A stretch of DNA of 64,000 nt, taken from positions 111,956 through 175,955 of the IMG/VR virus record IMGVR_UViG_3300045988_175607. One strand, written 5' to 3'. Source of the stretch: a virus. This document shows, piece by piece, positions 44,947-55,312 of this stretch. The position numbers were made by a program, and so were the translations under genes. The notes beneath the pieces were generated by a model. It saw nothing but the letters and a program-made list of their open reading frames with translations. It ran no database searches and was not told the origin of the DNA. How positions within the stretch are numbered: the first letter of the stretch is position 1; every line of letters starts with the position of its first letter.

Positions 44947-45023
44947 CAGAGTGTGGCGCAGTTTGGTAGCGCGCTCGGTTTGGGTCCGAGAGGATTTCGT
45001 GAGTTCGAGTCTCACCACTCTGA
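44947..45023 (+). tRNA. tRNA-Pro(UGG), 8-nt variable loop, CCA not encoded
   Basis: CAGAGTGTGGCGCAGTTTGGTAGCGCGCTCGGTTTGGGTCCGAGAGGATTTCGTGAGTTCGAGTCTCACCACTCTGA. Confidence 0.6.
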
Positions 45024-45084
45024 GTCTTTCATGATATAAGCCTCCACGCGGCGAAAGATGGGTAATACTAATTATATCAATTAT

Positions 45085-45130
45085 TTGATTTTTTTATAAA
45101 AATATAATATAATATATTTATAGAAAGTAA
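45085..45130 (+). promoter_or_regulatory. conserved phage promoter motif
   Basis: TTGATTtttttataaaaatataaTATAATatatttatagaaagtaagg. Confidence 0.5.
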
Positions 45131-45144
45131 GGAGGTTAAAAGTA

Positions 45145-45411
45145 ATGGCACGTTCATACAAAAAACATCCTTATTGCGGCGCTCGCAAAAGCCGCTTCTA
45201 TAAAAATTATGCAAACCGACGTCTTAGACGACTTCCAGTAGAAGAAGAAATCCCAAGTGGCAAAGAGTATAAAAGATATAATTACAGTTGGAAGATTTGC
45301 GACTATTGGAGTTATCACCCTGGGCCTTTTCTTTATTTGCGCTGGCGCACTGAAGAAGAGGATGAAGAAATTGCATTTTGGCGTTGGTATAAAAATTGTA
45401 AAATGAAATAA
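45145..45411 (+). CDS. hypothetical basic protein (88 aa)
   Basis: RBS aaggaggttaaaagta. Confidence 0.5.
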   Translation: MARSYKKHPYCGARKSRFYKNYANRRLRRLPVEEEIPSGKEYKRYNYSWKICDYWSYHPGPFLYLRWRTEEEDEEIAFWRWYKNCKMK

Positions 45412-45886
45412 TTTTTGACTTTTTAAAAATTATTTGTTATAATATATATAAAGAAAAGGTAAAAAACCTTTCTTTAAAAGACGTCCCCGAAGATTGTTTT
45501 GCAAGGTATTCAACTTTATAAAGAAACTCTTGCTTTAACTTGTTGGGGATAGGGTCGGCCCCTATTACTAACTCCGGATTTAATTATAAAGGCATAATCA
45601 GCAAATTCTTATATAATAGCACATTTTTGTGGAGAAAAAATCATTTATGCCTTGTATCTTTTAATAAGAGCCATACAGCAAATTATTAATTAATAAGAAT
45701 TATTAATCAGGCTCTTGAAATATTCATTTTTTTTTATTTTTAAAAGCGCGTCAACTGCAAATTTTTTTTATGATTTACATTTAATTGGAGAGATTAATAA
45801 TTATCAAAATCGTCATAGCACATCGCGTTTTGTTTTTCCTTGATTTAATTATGTTAAATCGAGGATTTTTTTATAGGAGTAAAAAT

Positions 45887-46438
45887 ATGCCAATTAATAA
45901 AGGTTACTTATAGGCAAAAACAAATAAAGCATCAGATGAAGTTTATACTCCAGCTTATGCTATTGAACCTTTAGTAAAATATATTAAATAGTTTGAAAGC
46001 AGATTGAATAAAAAAATTACTATTTGGTGTCCTTTTGATTTAAAAAATTCTTGGTATGTAAAACTTTTTACAAGAGAAGGTTTTAATGTATTACATTCTC
46101 ATATTGATGAAGGAAAAAATTTCTTTTTTTATGAACCTTCTGAGAATTACGATATAATTATATCTAATCCACCTTTTTCACAAAAAGATGATGTTTTAAA
46201 AAGATTATATGAATTAAATAAACCTTATGCAATGCTATTACCAATTCCTGCCCTTTAGGGCCAAGCAAGATTTCCTTATATAAAGGATAATCTGCAATAT
46301 TTGGGATTTGATAAACGCATTAATTATTATACAAATCAAGATTTAACTCAGGTACAAAAGGGTGTTTCTTTCGGCTCTTGCTATCTTTGTAAAGGCTTTT
46401 TGCCCAAAGATTTAATTATTGAAGAACTGTTAATTTGA
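45887..46438 (+). CDS. N6-adenine DNA methyltransferase (DPPY/NPPF class) with three in-frame TAG codons
   Basis: DIIISNPPF catalytic motif and N-terminal EVYTPAYAIEPLVKYI; TAG at ~45911, ~45986, ~46256 (MPINKGYL-TAG-AKTN..., ...KYIK-TAG-FESRL..., ...IPAL-TAG-GQARF...); the ORF track shows only the 46004-46258 fragment. Confidence 0.65.
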
Positions 46439-46480
46439 TTTTTATTTAAAAATATATTATAATATATATATAAAATATTT
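46435..46480 (+). promoter_or_regulatory. conserved phage promoter motif; its -35 overlaps the methyltransferase stop codon
   Basis: TTGATTtttatttaaaaatatatTATAATatatatataaaatatttc. Confidence 0.5.
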
Positions 46481-46525
46481 CTTCTGTCCAGAAGAAATCA
46501 AAGAGAAAAAGGAGATTAAAATATT

Positions 46526-48013
46526 ATGAGTAATGCTTTCATAAATGGCCTGCGCGAAATGAGCAATTATACCTATACTGAGAATGGCGCTGTAAGCTTG
46601 CGGAGTACTCTTGATGCAGTTTACGATCTGTTTGCACTGGGTGCGGCGTATCGTCAGCGTAGCGAAGAAGATATTATAAATCTTTTTAAGAAAGCTTATA
46701 GGGAAAATGCGGAACTGGCTATGAAGTGCCTGTTCTATATTCGTGATGCGCGTGAAGGTCAGGGCGAGAGGCGCTTCTTCCGTGTATGCATGAATTGGCT
46801 GGCTAAGTCTGATGACCGTGAAGCTGCAAAGCGCAATCTTCAGTATGTATCTGAATTTGGCCGATACGATGATTTGTATTGTTTCATTGATACTCCTCTT
46901 CAGAATGATGCTCTTGAAATAATGCGTCAGCAGATAGCTCTGGATATGTCTTGTAAGACTCCTTCTTTGCTTGCAAAGTGGTTAAAGTCTATTAATACTT
47001 CCAGCGCAGAATCCCGTAAACTTGCTAACATTACTCGTGAATATTTTGGTATGACTCATAAGCAGTATCGCCGCACTCTGTCTATACTGCGTGAGCGTAT
47101 TAACGTACTTGAAAAACTTATGTCTGCCGGTGAGTGGGATAAGATTGAATTTGATAAAATACCTTCTCGCGCGGGACTTATATATCGCAATGCTTTTGCT
47201 CATCGAGATGTATTGCGTGAACGCTATGAAAAGTTTATAATGGATAAGAATACTAAGGTTAATGCTAAGGTGCTTTATCCTTATGAATGTGTTAAGAGCG
47301 CGCTCGATCATATAGACCACAAAATTTATGGTTGTGCAGATAAGCTTGAACGCGCCGCAATTAATAAGTATTGGGATAATCTCAGAGATTATTTCGATGG
47401 CGCCGCGTTTAATGGTATGGCTTTGGTTGATACGTCCGGTTCAATGACTATAAAGCGCAATTCCATAGCTCCTATCAATATTTCTATTGCTCTTGGACTT
47501 TATTGTGCTGAAAAGTGTTCTGGACCTTATGCTGGACATTTTATTACCTTTGAGTCCAATCCTCATTTTATCGAAGTGGAAGGTAAGGATTTTGTTGAAA
47601 AGGTTGAAAATATAAGCAATGCACCTTGGGGCAACAGCACCAATGTTGAAAAGGCTTTCGACTTGATGCTTGAAACAGCAATAAGGAATAATCTTTCTCA
47701 GAAAGATATACCTGAAAATCTTATCGTTATTTCTGATCAAGAATTTGATCAAACGGGCTACAATAATCGTATTTTTAATACTTTATGTGATGGTATCAAA
47801 AATAGGTGGAAGGCTGTTGGATATGAGATGCCGCATTTGGTATTTTGGAATTGTAATGCTCGACATGATCTGATTCCTATGAAAGATGATGGTAATGTTA
47901 CTTTTGTTTCTGGTGCAAGCCCCGTTATCTTTGAAATGATTATGTCTGGTAAAAAGGGCATTGAAGTAATGAAAGAGACGCTTGAATGCGAGCGTTACTC
48001 TTGCATTCATTGA
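46526..48013 (+). CDS. von Willebrand factor A (vWA) domain protein, DUF2828/TROVE-like (495 aa)
   Basis: MIDAS motif in MALVDTSGSM; ...VISDQEFDQ; N-terminal FGRYDDLYCF. Confidence 0.6.
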   Translation: MSNAFINGLREMSNYTYTENGAVSLRSTLDAVYDLFALGAAYRQRSEEDIINLFKKAYRENAELAMKCLFYIRDAREGQGERRFFRVCMNWLAKSDDREAAKRNLQYVSEFGRYDDLYCFIDTPLQNDALEIMRQQIALDMSCKTPSLLAKWLKSINTSSAESRKLANITREYFGMTHKQYRRTLSILRERINVLEKLMSAGEWDKIEFDKIPSRAGLIYRNAFAHRDVLRERYEKFIMDKNTKVNAKVLYPYECVKSALDHIDHKIYGCADKLERAAINKYWDNLRDYFDGAAFNGMALVDTSGSMTIKRNSIAPINISIALGLYCAEKCSGPYAGHFITFESNPHFIEVEGKDFVEKVENISNAPWGNSTNVEKAFDLMLETAIRNNLSQKDIPENLIVISDQEFDQTGYNNRIFNTLCDGIKNRWKAVGYEMPHLVFWNCNARHDLIPMKDDGNVTFVSGASPVIFEMIMSGKKGIEVMKETLECERYSCIH

Positions 48014-48079
48014 CAAAAATAAAAATTTTTGTTATAATATATATGTTAAATAAATGGGAATGAAAAATTCCCATTTTGA

Positions 48080-48153
48080 TGCGGGCTGGTGAAATGGTAG
48101 CCACAGCGCTCTCTAAAAGCGCCTTTTTCTGAGTTCAAGTCTCAGGCCCGCCG
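48080..48153 (+). tRNA. suppressor tRNA with CUA anticodon (reads UAG)
   Basis: tGCGGGCTGGTGAAATGGTAGCCACAGCGCTCTCTAAAAGCGCCTTTTTCTGAGTTCAAGTCTCAGGCCCGCCG; anticodon stem GCGCT/AGCGC, loop CUCUAAA, T-arm CTGAG/CTCAG; acceptor pairing imperfect in my hand fold. Confidence 0.6.
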
Positions 48154-48270
48154 CGGTATCATGTAGGGGCCTTTTCGTGGCGATACTATTTAAACTAATT
48201 CTACTAAACTCTCAGTATTTTGCTGAGAGTTTTTTTTTATTAAAAATTTATGATATAATATTTATAGAAA

Positions 48271-48513
48271 ATGAAAAAGGAGTTATATAAAAATATGGCC
48301 GTTAATTCTACTCTTGCAAAAGAAACTATAATTAAGGTTCTTACTCACTATCCTGTTTGTACGACTAAAGAAATTGCAAAATTTGCTTGGCAGGCATATG
48401 GCGTTGATATGACTCCCGCTTCAGTCAGTAGTCAATTGCGCTCGATGCGTAGCACTGCAAAAATTGGTAGCTCTAAAAACGAATATGGCGCAACAGTTTA
48501 TTGGCTTAATTAA
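48271..48513 (+). CDS. hypothetical protein (80 aa)
   Basis: RBS aaaaggagttatataaaaat. Confidence 0.5.
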   Translation: MKKELYKNMAVNSTLAKETIIKVLTHYPVCTTKEIAKFAWQAYGVDMTPASVSSQLRSMRSTAKIGSSKNEYGATVYWLN

Positions 48514-48525
48514 GGAGAATTAAAA

Positions 48526-48675
48526 ATGTCCAAGAGAAAACACAACGTAATAACTGTTTGTCCTCTATGTCATAAAAGTTTTGTTTACAGTAAATCTGAG
48601 ATTGAAATAATTGATGGATTTCATCTTATAAAGTGTCCTCATTGCGGCGAACATTTGGAGGTAAACCATGACTGA
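48526..48675 (+). CDS. zinc-ribbon small protein (49 aa; CPLCH...CPHCG)
   Basis: ATG 8 nt after aaggagaat; below ORF-track cutoff. Confidence 0.45.
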   Translation: MSKRKHNVITVCPLCHKSFVYSKSEIEIIDGFHLIKCPHCGEHLEVNHD

Positions 48676-49471
48676 AAAACATTTAAATATAATGACTGGT
48701 TTGGTAGGCCATTATAAAGATGCGCTTGAACATTTTTCAGAAAATCAGATTATTGGCTTATGGCTTCAAGGAAGTCAGAATTACGGTCTTGATGATGAAG
48801 CTTCAGATATAGACACCAAACTTTTGGTAACTCCCTCTTTTGCAGACTTGGCTTATGATAATGCGCCTATTAGTCGCACTCATGTGCGTAAAAACAATGA
48901 ACATATAGATTTTAAAGATATTCGTCTTTATATGGATATGTTCCGTAAACAGAATATAAATTTTGTAGAAATTTTGTTTACTGATTATTATATTATCAAT
49001 CCTAAATATAAGCATTATTGGCAACAGCTTATTGATAATCGTGAAGCGATAGGGCGATATAATCCTTATGTAGCAATAATGTGTATGGCAGGTCATGCTC
49101 TGGAGAAGTACAAACGACTTTCTTGGGCTTATCCCAGCAGGGCGGAAATTGTTCAGAAATATGGATATGATCCAAAACAGCTTACTCATTTACTGCGGAT
49201 TGAAGATTTTCTTGAAAGATATATTGCGGAAGAACCTTATGAAGATTGTATAATACCTGAAAACCTTAATGTATTGCGTGAAGTTAAAAAGGGCATTTAT
49301 TCTCTTGATGAAGCTACTAAAGTAGCTGATGCGGCATTCATGCATATAACTAAAATGCGTGATGATTATTGTTTGACACATAAAAACAAATATAATCCCT
49401 TGGTTGAAGATTTGTTTCGATCAGTACAATATGAAATAATAAAGATAGCAATAAAGGAGGAGTTGGATTAA
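48668..49471 (+). CDS. nucleotidyltransferase (pol-beta superfamily)
   Basis: GSQNYGLDDEASDIDTKLLV matches the GS-x(9-13)-DxD NTase motif. Confidence 0.6.
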   Translation: MTEKHLNIMTGLVGHYKDALEHFSENQIIGLWLQGSQNYGLDDEASDIDTKLLVTPSFADLAYDNAPISRTHVRKNNEHIDFKDIRLYMDMFRKQNINFVEILFTDYYIINPKYKHYWQQLIDNREAIGRYNPYVAIMCMAGHALEKYKRLSWAYPSRAEIVQKYGYDPKQLTHLLRIEDFLERYIAEEPYEDCIIPENLNVLREVKKGIYSLDEATKVADAAFMHITKMRDDYCLTHKNKYNPLVEDLFRSVQYEIIKIAIKEELD

Positions 49472-50268
49472 TGATAAAGAAGTATATGATTACAGGTGAC
49501 ACTCATGCTAATTTTTCTCGTTTCTATCCCCTTTTTAATAATGATTGGGGCATACAAGCTGATTATCCGCCTGATGAGACTGGTATTATTGTTCTTGGAG
49601 ATGCCGCACTTAATTATTTACTTAATGAAAATGATAAATTTCTAAAAAGGAAGCTCCAAGATAGCGGATACACTTGGTATCTTGTGCGTGGCAATCATGA
49701 AGAGCGTCCACAAAATGTAAGTGGAGTTATCCAAGAGTATGATAATGAAACTGATGGACTTATTTGGGTAGAAAAGGACTATCCTAAAATAAAGTATTTT
49801 CAAGATGGTGGCACGTATAATCTTGGTCCTTGGCGCACTCTTGTAATTGGTGGAGCATATTCTGTTGATAAATATTACCGACTTGCGCGCGCAGGTTTTG
49901 ATGCTCAATCTGTTACCCCTGAGAATCGTAATTTTATTCAAACCCTTGCTCATTGGTTTTATGATGAGCAGCTCAGTACTCAGGAACAGCATGAAATTTT
50001 TAATGCGGTAAAGGGTGAGGATTTTGATATTGTACTATCTCATACCTGTCCTGTGCAATGGGAGCCTACTGATTTGTTTTTGCCAAATGTTAATCAGGCT
50101 ACAGTAGATAAAACCATGGAAATTTTCCTAAGCGAAATTGAGGCAAACATTAGTTATCGTATGTGGTTTTGCGGCCACTATCATGCCGAACGTCGGTTAA
50201 GTTCCAACGCACAAATGATATATGAGGACATATATGATTTGGCTGATTTTATGGAGGATGACTCCTAA
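49471..50268 (+). CDS. calcineurin-like metallophosphoesterase
   Basis: GDTHAN, VLGDAA, GNHEER motifs. Confidence 0.65.
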   Translation: MIKKYMITGDTHANFSRFYPLFNNDWGIQADYPPDETGIIVLGDAALNYLLNENDKFLKRKLQDSGYTWYLVRGNHEERPQNVSGVIQEYDNETDGLIWVEKDYPKIKYFQDGGTYNLGPWRTLVIGGAYSVDKYYRLARAGFDAQSVTPENRNFIQTLAHWFYDEQLSTQEQHEIFNAVKGEDFDIVLSHTCPVQWEPTDLFLPNVNQATVDKTMEIFLSEIEANISYRMWFCGHYHAERRLSSNAQMIYEDIYDLADFMEDDS

Positions 50269-50331
50269 GTATTGTCCTAATTGTGGAGCTAAAGTTGAAG
50301 TAACTTATGGCTTTAGAATTAGAAAACGAAG

Positions 50332-50360
50332 TTGACTTTAATACCTTTTTATGCTATAAT
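50332..50360 (+). promoter_or_regulatory. sigma-A promoter TTGACT-N17-TATAAT upstream of SHMT
   Basis: gTTGACTttaatacctttttatgcTATAATaatttc. Confidence 0.55.
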
Positions 50361-50398
50361 AATTTCTGAACGGAAAAAAGCATAAAGAGGTATTTTTT

Positions 50399-51607
50399 TT
50401 GAATATTTTTGATATAATAGCAAAGGAAGAATAGCATCAAAAAGATACCATTGAGCTTATTGCTAGCGAAAATTTTGTTAGTGACAATGTAAAGAAAGCT
50501 CTTGGCTCTTGTTTGACAAATAAATATTGTGAAGGTTATCCAGCAGAGAGACATGATGGTTGCGGCCTTAGCGGACGTTATTATGGCGGTTGTAATAATT
50601 ATGATGAAATAGAAGAATATTGTTGTGACATTTATCGTAAAGTATTTAATACTAATTATCATGTAAATGTTCAACCTCATTCCGGTTCTCATGCTAACAT
50701 GTGCGCTTATTATGCTTTCTTACAACCGGGCGATACACTTCTCTCAATGTCACTTGATGCTGGAGGTCATCTCACTCACAGCTCAGCCGTATCATTTGTA
50801 AGCCGATTTTATAATGTAAAACAATATGGGCTGGACAAAAATGGTTATATTGATTATAATGAAATTGAATCAATGCTTCTTGCTCATATGCCTAAATTAA
50901 TTGTAGTTGGCGCAAGTGCCTATTCGCGCGAAATAGATTTCAAACGCATTGCTGACATTATTGCAGAAGTTTCAGACCATCTTTTGGCTCGTGATAATAT
51001 TCATTATGAACCTATTTATATGGTTGATATGGCTCATATCGCAGGACTTATTGCGGCAGGTGATCATCAGTCTCCCTTTGGTATAGCTGATGTGATTACA
51101 ACAACTAGCCAAAAAACTCTTAGGGGCCCAAGGGGTGGTATCATTTTCTGCAGACCTGAATATGCAAAGTTCATTGATAGGGCCGTATTCCCAGGTAATT
51201 CTGGCGGTCCACATATGAATACAATCGCCGCAAAAGCAGTTGCAGGGGAAGAAGCTTTAACTGATGAATATCGTAATTATATTCATCAAGTGGTTAAAAA
51301 TTCTAAAGCAATGGCGAATGAATTTATTAAAATGGGATATGAAATTATCAGCGGTGGTACAGATAATCATATGTTCTTACTTTCTTTAGCTATAGCTAAT
51401 TGCAGTGGAGCACAGTTACAAGAAAAACTGGAAGAGGAAGCCCATATTATTGTAAATAAGAACATGATTCCAGGAGACAAGCGTAAACCTAAAGAGACAA
51501 GTGGCGTGCGCATAGGCACTGCGGCAATGACTACTAAAGGCTATACAGAAGATGATTTCATAGATATTGCACATACAATTGATTATTATATAAAATCTTT
51601 TAATTAA
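50399..51607 (+). CDS. glyA: serine hydroxymethyltransferase (GlyA/SHMT) with TTG start and an in-frame TAG at 50432-50434
   Basis: IELIASENFVS, VQPHSGSHAN, TTTSQKTLRGPRGG (PLP-lysine motif), GGTDNHM; TTG 8 nt after aaagagg; MNIFDIIAKEE-TAG-HQKDTIELIASENF; the ORF track starts at 50513. Confidence 0.75.
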
Positions 51608-51611
51608 TATA

Positions 51612-51650
51612 AAATAAAGGTTGCATATAAAAATGCAACCTTTATTTTTA
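51612..51650 (+). terminator. rho-independent terminator
   Basis: aaaggttgcatataaaaatgcaaccttt plus T-run. Confidence 0.65.
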
Positions 51651-51701
51651 TTAAAATTTATAGTATAATATTTATAGAAAATAGAAGTAGGTGATTAATA
51701 A

Positions 51702-52517
51702 ATGAAATATTTCATAGACTTTGAAGCAACGCAATTTACAAATGAAATTATAGAAATAGGTTGTATTAATGAATATGGCGATACGTTTCATAGTTATATA
51801 AAAGCTAAAAAGAAACTCACTTCTTTTATTACTGGTTTAACGGGTATTACCCAAGATATTATTAGTGAGGCGCCCTCAACTGATGAGGTTTTTGAAAATT
51901 TTTTTGAATGGCTTAACAAATTTAATAATGAAGAAGAAATGTGCTTCTTTTGTTATGGCGATACTGATTTAACTTTTATAAAGAAAAATCTTCAAAACAC
52001 TAAGAGCTATAAGGCTCGCACCGCACTTAGCCTTCTTGGTATGAATCTCTTTAATTACGCCGCAAAAGTACAAGAAGAATTGGAGTTGTCAAAGCCTATA
52101 AGCTTAATTAAACTTTATCGATATTATATAGATGCTGAAGCAGAACAAAAGCATTGCGCACTTGATGATGCCATCTATCTTAGAGAGGTTTTCTTAGCTA
52201 TTGGAAATGATGACCATAAAGAACGTATATTCAATAATTATCCAGAGTATCAAATTGGGTATGATTCCTCTAATAAAAATCATAAACTTACCAATGATGA
52301 TGTTGATAAACTAATAGGTGTTTATTATAATAAAAAAATTAAATCTGGAAAGCAAAGGTTTGATAATTTCCTTGTAGCAGTTGATTATATTTATGCGGAC
52401 TGTTTTCCGCCAATGCAACGTTCGCAAACTAATAAAATAACAGTAGCTAAGCATTTGCGCACCGCACTTAATTTAGATAAGAATTATTTTGGAAGAAAAT
52501 GGAGGTATATCGATTAA
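51702..52517 (+). CDS. DEDDh 3'-5' exonuclease domain protein (second copy in window)
   Basis: FIDFEAT (Exo I), CFFCYGDTD (Exo II), HCALDDAIYL (Exo III). Confidence 0.6.
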   Translation: MKYFIDFEATQFTNEIIEIGCINEYGDTFHSYIKAKKKLTSFITGLTGITQDIISEAPSTDEVFENFFEWLNKFNNEEEMCFFCYGDTDLTFIKKNLQNTKSYKARTALSLLGMNLFNYAAKVQEELELSKPISLIKLYRYYIDAEAEQKHCALDDAIYLREVFLAIGNDDHKERIFNNYPEYQIGYDSSNKNHKLTNDDVDKLIGVYYNKKIKSGKQRFDNFLVAVDYIYADCFPPMQRSQTNKITVAKHLRTALNLDKNYFGRKWRYID

Positions 52518-52518
52518 A

Positions 52519-52911
52519 ATGAGTAATGAATATAGAGATTGGTTGTATGATAGTGCAGAAGAAGAAAAGATATATCCCTATTTTAAAATTTCTTCTGATG
52601 GTAGCTCTTGGATGGATCTTATACCAATAGGATGGCAAGATAGGGTTTATAAGCTTTTTGATGATATAAACATAATACTTGGAGATAGAATTAATCATTT
52701 TCATATTCTTGATGTTATAGGGAAATGTGGTGAGTTTAGACTTTATTGGACGATTGATGATGGTATAGCCACTAATGCTGAAAAAGCAAAAATTGAAGAG
52801 CTTGCACAACAAACGTATCTTGATTTATTTTCAATTTGTATACTTTGTGGCAACCATGCGAAGGGGTTTTCACTTTGTGAAGACTGTGCAAATAGTTTTT
52901 TAAAAGTTTGA
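52519..52911 (+). CDS. hypothetical protein with C-terminal CxxC...CxxC
   Basis: ATG 52519 ten nt after ggaggtat; the ORF-track start at 52489 overlaps the upstream gene. Confidence 0.45.
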   Translation: MSNEYRDWLYDSAEEEKIYPYFKISSDGSSWMDLIPIGWQDRVYKLFDDINIILGDRINHFHILDVIGKCGEFRLYWTIDDGIATNAEKAKIEELAQQTYLDLFSICILCGNHAKGFSLCEDCANSFLKV

Positions 52912-52969
52912 TTAAAAAAAATCAAATTTTTTCTCTACTTATAATTGAATAAAATAAAGAAAAAAAATT

Positions 52970-53695
52970 ATGGCATTGATAGATATAACAAATCAAAAAT
53001 TTGGACGACTTGTTGTTTTGTATAGAGATAGAGAAGCAGAAATAAAAAGAAAAAGTAGAAACGCAATGTGGCGATGTCGTTGTGAATGTGGTAATGAAGT
53101 GAGTGTTGTGGGTAAGGATTTACGCTCAGGAAAAACTTTATCTTGTGGATGTTTACAAAAAGAAAGAGCTTCACAAGCAAATAGTAGTAATTTAATTGGA
53201 CAACGTTTTGGTAAATTAGTAGTAATAAAACAAGTTGTTTCTGAAAAGCATCGCTCAAGATGGTTATGTAAGTGTGATTGTGGTAATATGGTTGAAGTAA
53301 AAGCCCGCGAATTATAGAGGGGGGATACTCAATCTTGTGGATGTTTGTTTTCTGCTGGAGAAGCAAAGATATCTCAAATATTGGCAGAACTACAATTGGA
53401 ATATAAAAAAGAATATATTTTTAAAGATTATCCAACTGCCAGATTTGATTTTGCTCTATTAAAAAATAAACAGGTATATTGTCTTATTGAATATGACGGT
53501 CCTCAACACTTTATTAATACTGCTAATTCTGGTGGATGGAATACTATTGAAAGATATAAAACAATTACCCATCCTAAAGATTTAGAAAAAAATAAGTATT
53601 GTCAAGATAACAATATCCCTCTTATTAGAATTCCTTATAATGACTATAACAATTTAACGAAAGAATGGCTTGAAAGGAAAATAAATAATGTATAA
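52970..53695 (+). CDS. putative endonuclease: N-terminal zinc-binding repeats plus C-terminal Vsr/DUF559-like PD-(D/E)xK domain; one in-frame TAG at 53315-53317
   Basis: ORF-track 52970-53317 and 53345-53695 are in one frame across TAG (…KAREL-TAG-RGDTQSCGCLFSAGEAK…); repeats W.C.C.CGN and C-terminal LIEYDGPQHF. Confidence 0.5.
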
Positions 53696-55085
53696 AGCTT
53701 ATATAACTTATGTAAAAAATATTCGTCCTGCGGAAAACTCTGATTTTCTTAATGCTTGTGAAGTATTTGGTAATACAACTATTATTGATAAAACCATCAC
53801 TGAAGATACTCTTGTTCTTTATTTTCCTTCAGATGGTCAAATTTCTATAGAATTTGGTGAGAAAAATAATCTTTTTAGAAAGAAAGATGATGCTGGTAAC
53901 AATATTGGTGGTTTTGTTGACCCCGTTAAAAGAAATATTACCGCAATTCGTTTAAGGGGTAATCGTTCAGATGGTTTAGTATTACCCATTTCGTGTTTAA
54001 ATTATTGCTATACTCATGATAATGCTTCTGCTGAATTACATGCTGGCGATATAATTAATGGAACTCTTAATGGCCATGAAATATGCTGTAAGTATATTCC
54101 GGTTGTAAAAAATAAAGCTTCCAATAAAGCTAAGAAGTGTAATAAAGTGCGCAAGCACATAGCTCCTATTGCTCCCTTGTTTATAGAACATGCAGATACT
54201 GAACAGTTGAATTATAACCTTGATGCGTTTAAGTCTGGCGATCAAATAGAGATAACTCTCAAGATGCATGGCACTTCAAATCGAGTGGCATATGTTCCAG
54301 TTCTTAAGAGATTTAAGCGAACTCTGTTTGACCGTATATTTGGTCGCGAAGGCAAACCTATATATGAATATGACTATATAAGCGGAACTCGTAGAACTGT
54401 ACTTGATAACTTTGATGGTGGCTTTTATGGAAGTAATGCTTTCCGCAAGCAGTTTGAAGATCGACTGCGCGGCAAGCTCTATAAAGGCGAAGAGGTTTAC
54501 TTTGAAATCGTGGGGTTCACTGATGCGGGCATACCGATTATGCCAATAGGGGATAATAATAAGGTCGGTAAGGATTTTGTAAAACAGTATGGTGAAAAAA
54601 CTGTATTTAGTTACGGTTGTGAAGTGCCGCAGTCTGAAATGTATGTCTATCGCATGACTATGACTAATGAGGATGGCGATGTAGTAGAATATTCTCCTGA
54701 CTTTATGCGCTATCGCTGCGAGCAAATAGGTGTAAAGACTGTGCCAGTTTTTTACAAGGGCTATATACCGGAAGAATATACTGAAATAAATACTCGACTC
54801 GATAATCATATTGTAAAAATAGCTAATTATATTACTCCTGGCGAATGGGTAAAAGATTTAGCTGAGGAATATTATAACGGCCCCGATCCGATAGGTAAGA
54901 CTCATGTGCGCGAAGGTGTGGTAGTTCGTATCGTCAATAGGCCTAAGTTCTGCGCGTATAAAACTAAGAATTTCTCATTTAAGCTGGTCGAAGGAATCGT
55001 GAAGGAGAGTGCACAAGCGCCAGATATGGAAGAAGCGCAAGATTTATTGATTGAAAATGAGGAGGAAATACAAAATGACGAGTGA
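53688..55085 (+). CDS. ATP-dependent RNA ligase (Rnl2-like, KxHG motif I)
   Basis: Motif I ITLKMHGTSNR (compare T4 Rnl2 KIHGTN), motif III YFEIVGF, motif IV REGVVVRIV, motif V CAYKTKNF. Confidence 0.65.
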   Translation: MYKAYITYVKNIRPAENSDFLNACEVFGNTTIIDKTITEDTLVLYFPSDGQISIEFGEKNNLFRKKDDAGNNIGGFVDPVKRNITAIRLRGNRSDGLVLPISCLNYCYTHDNASAELHAGDIINGTLNGHEICCKYIPVVKNKASNKAKKCNKVRKHIAPIAPLFIEHADTEQLNYNLDAFKSGDQIEITLKMHGTSNRVAYVPVLKRFKRTLFDRIFGREGKPIYEYDYISGTRRTVLDNFDGGFYGSNAFRKQFEDRLRGKLYKGEEVYFEIVGFTDAGIPIMPIGDNNKVGKDFVKQYGEKTVFSYGCEVPQSEMYVYRMTMTNEDGDVVEYSPDFMRYRCEQIGVKTVPVFYKGYIPEEYTEINTRLDNHIVKIANYITPGEWVKDLAEEYYNGPDPIGKTHVREGVVVRIVNRPKFCAYKTKNFSFKLVEGIVKESAQAPDMEEAQDLLIENEEEIQNDE

Positions 55086-55224
55086 TGATTTGATTGAACG
55101 CCTTAAGCTTGACCTTGAATGGGCTGAGGCAAATGAATGGGAGACTCCAATATGTCTTTCAGATGATTTGCTTGAGGCAATTGAATATATTAAATGGGCT
55201 AATGATGTAATTAAGGGAATATAA
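55075..55224 (+). CDS. small acidic protein (49 aa), overlaps the ligase 3' end
   Basis: ATG within caaaATGacgagtg; followed by terminator aaactgggataaaaaatcccagttt. Confidence 0.35.
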   Translation: MTSDDLIERLKLDLEWAEANEWETPICLSDDLLEAIEYIKWANDVIKGI

Positions 55225-55312
55225 AATAAACTGGGATAAAAAATCCCAGTTTATTTTTTTATAAAAATGTAATATAATATATATAAAGAAAAGGAAAAAG
55301 GAGAAAAGAAAA

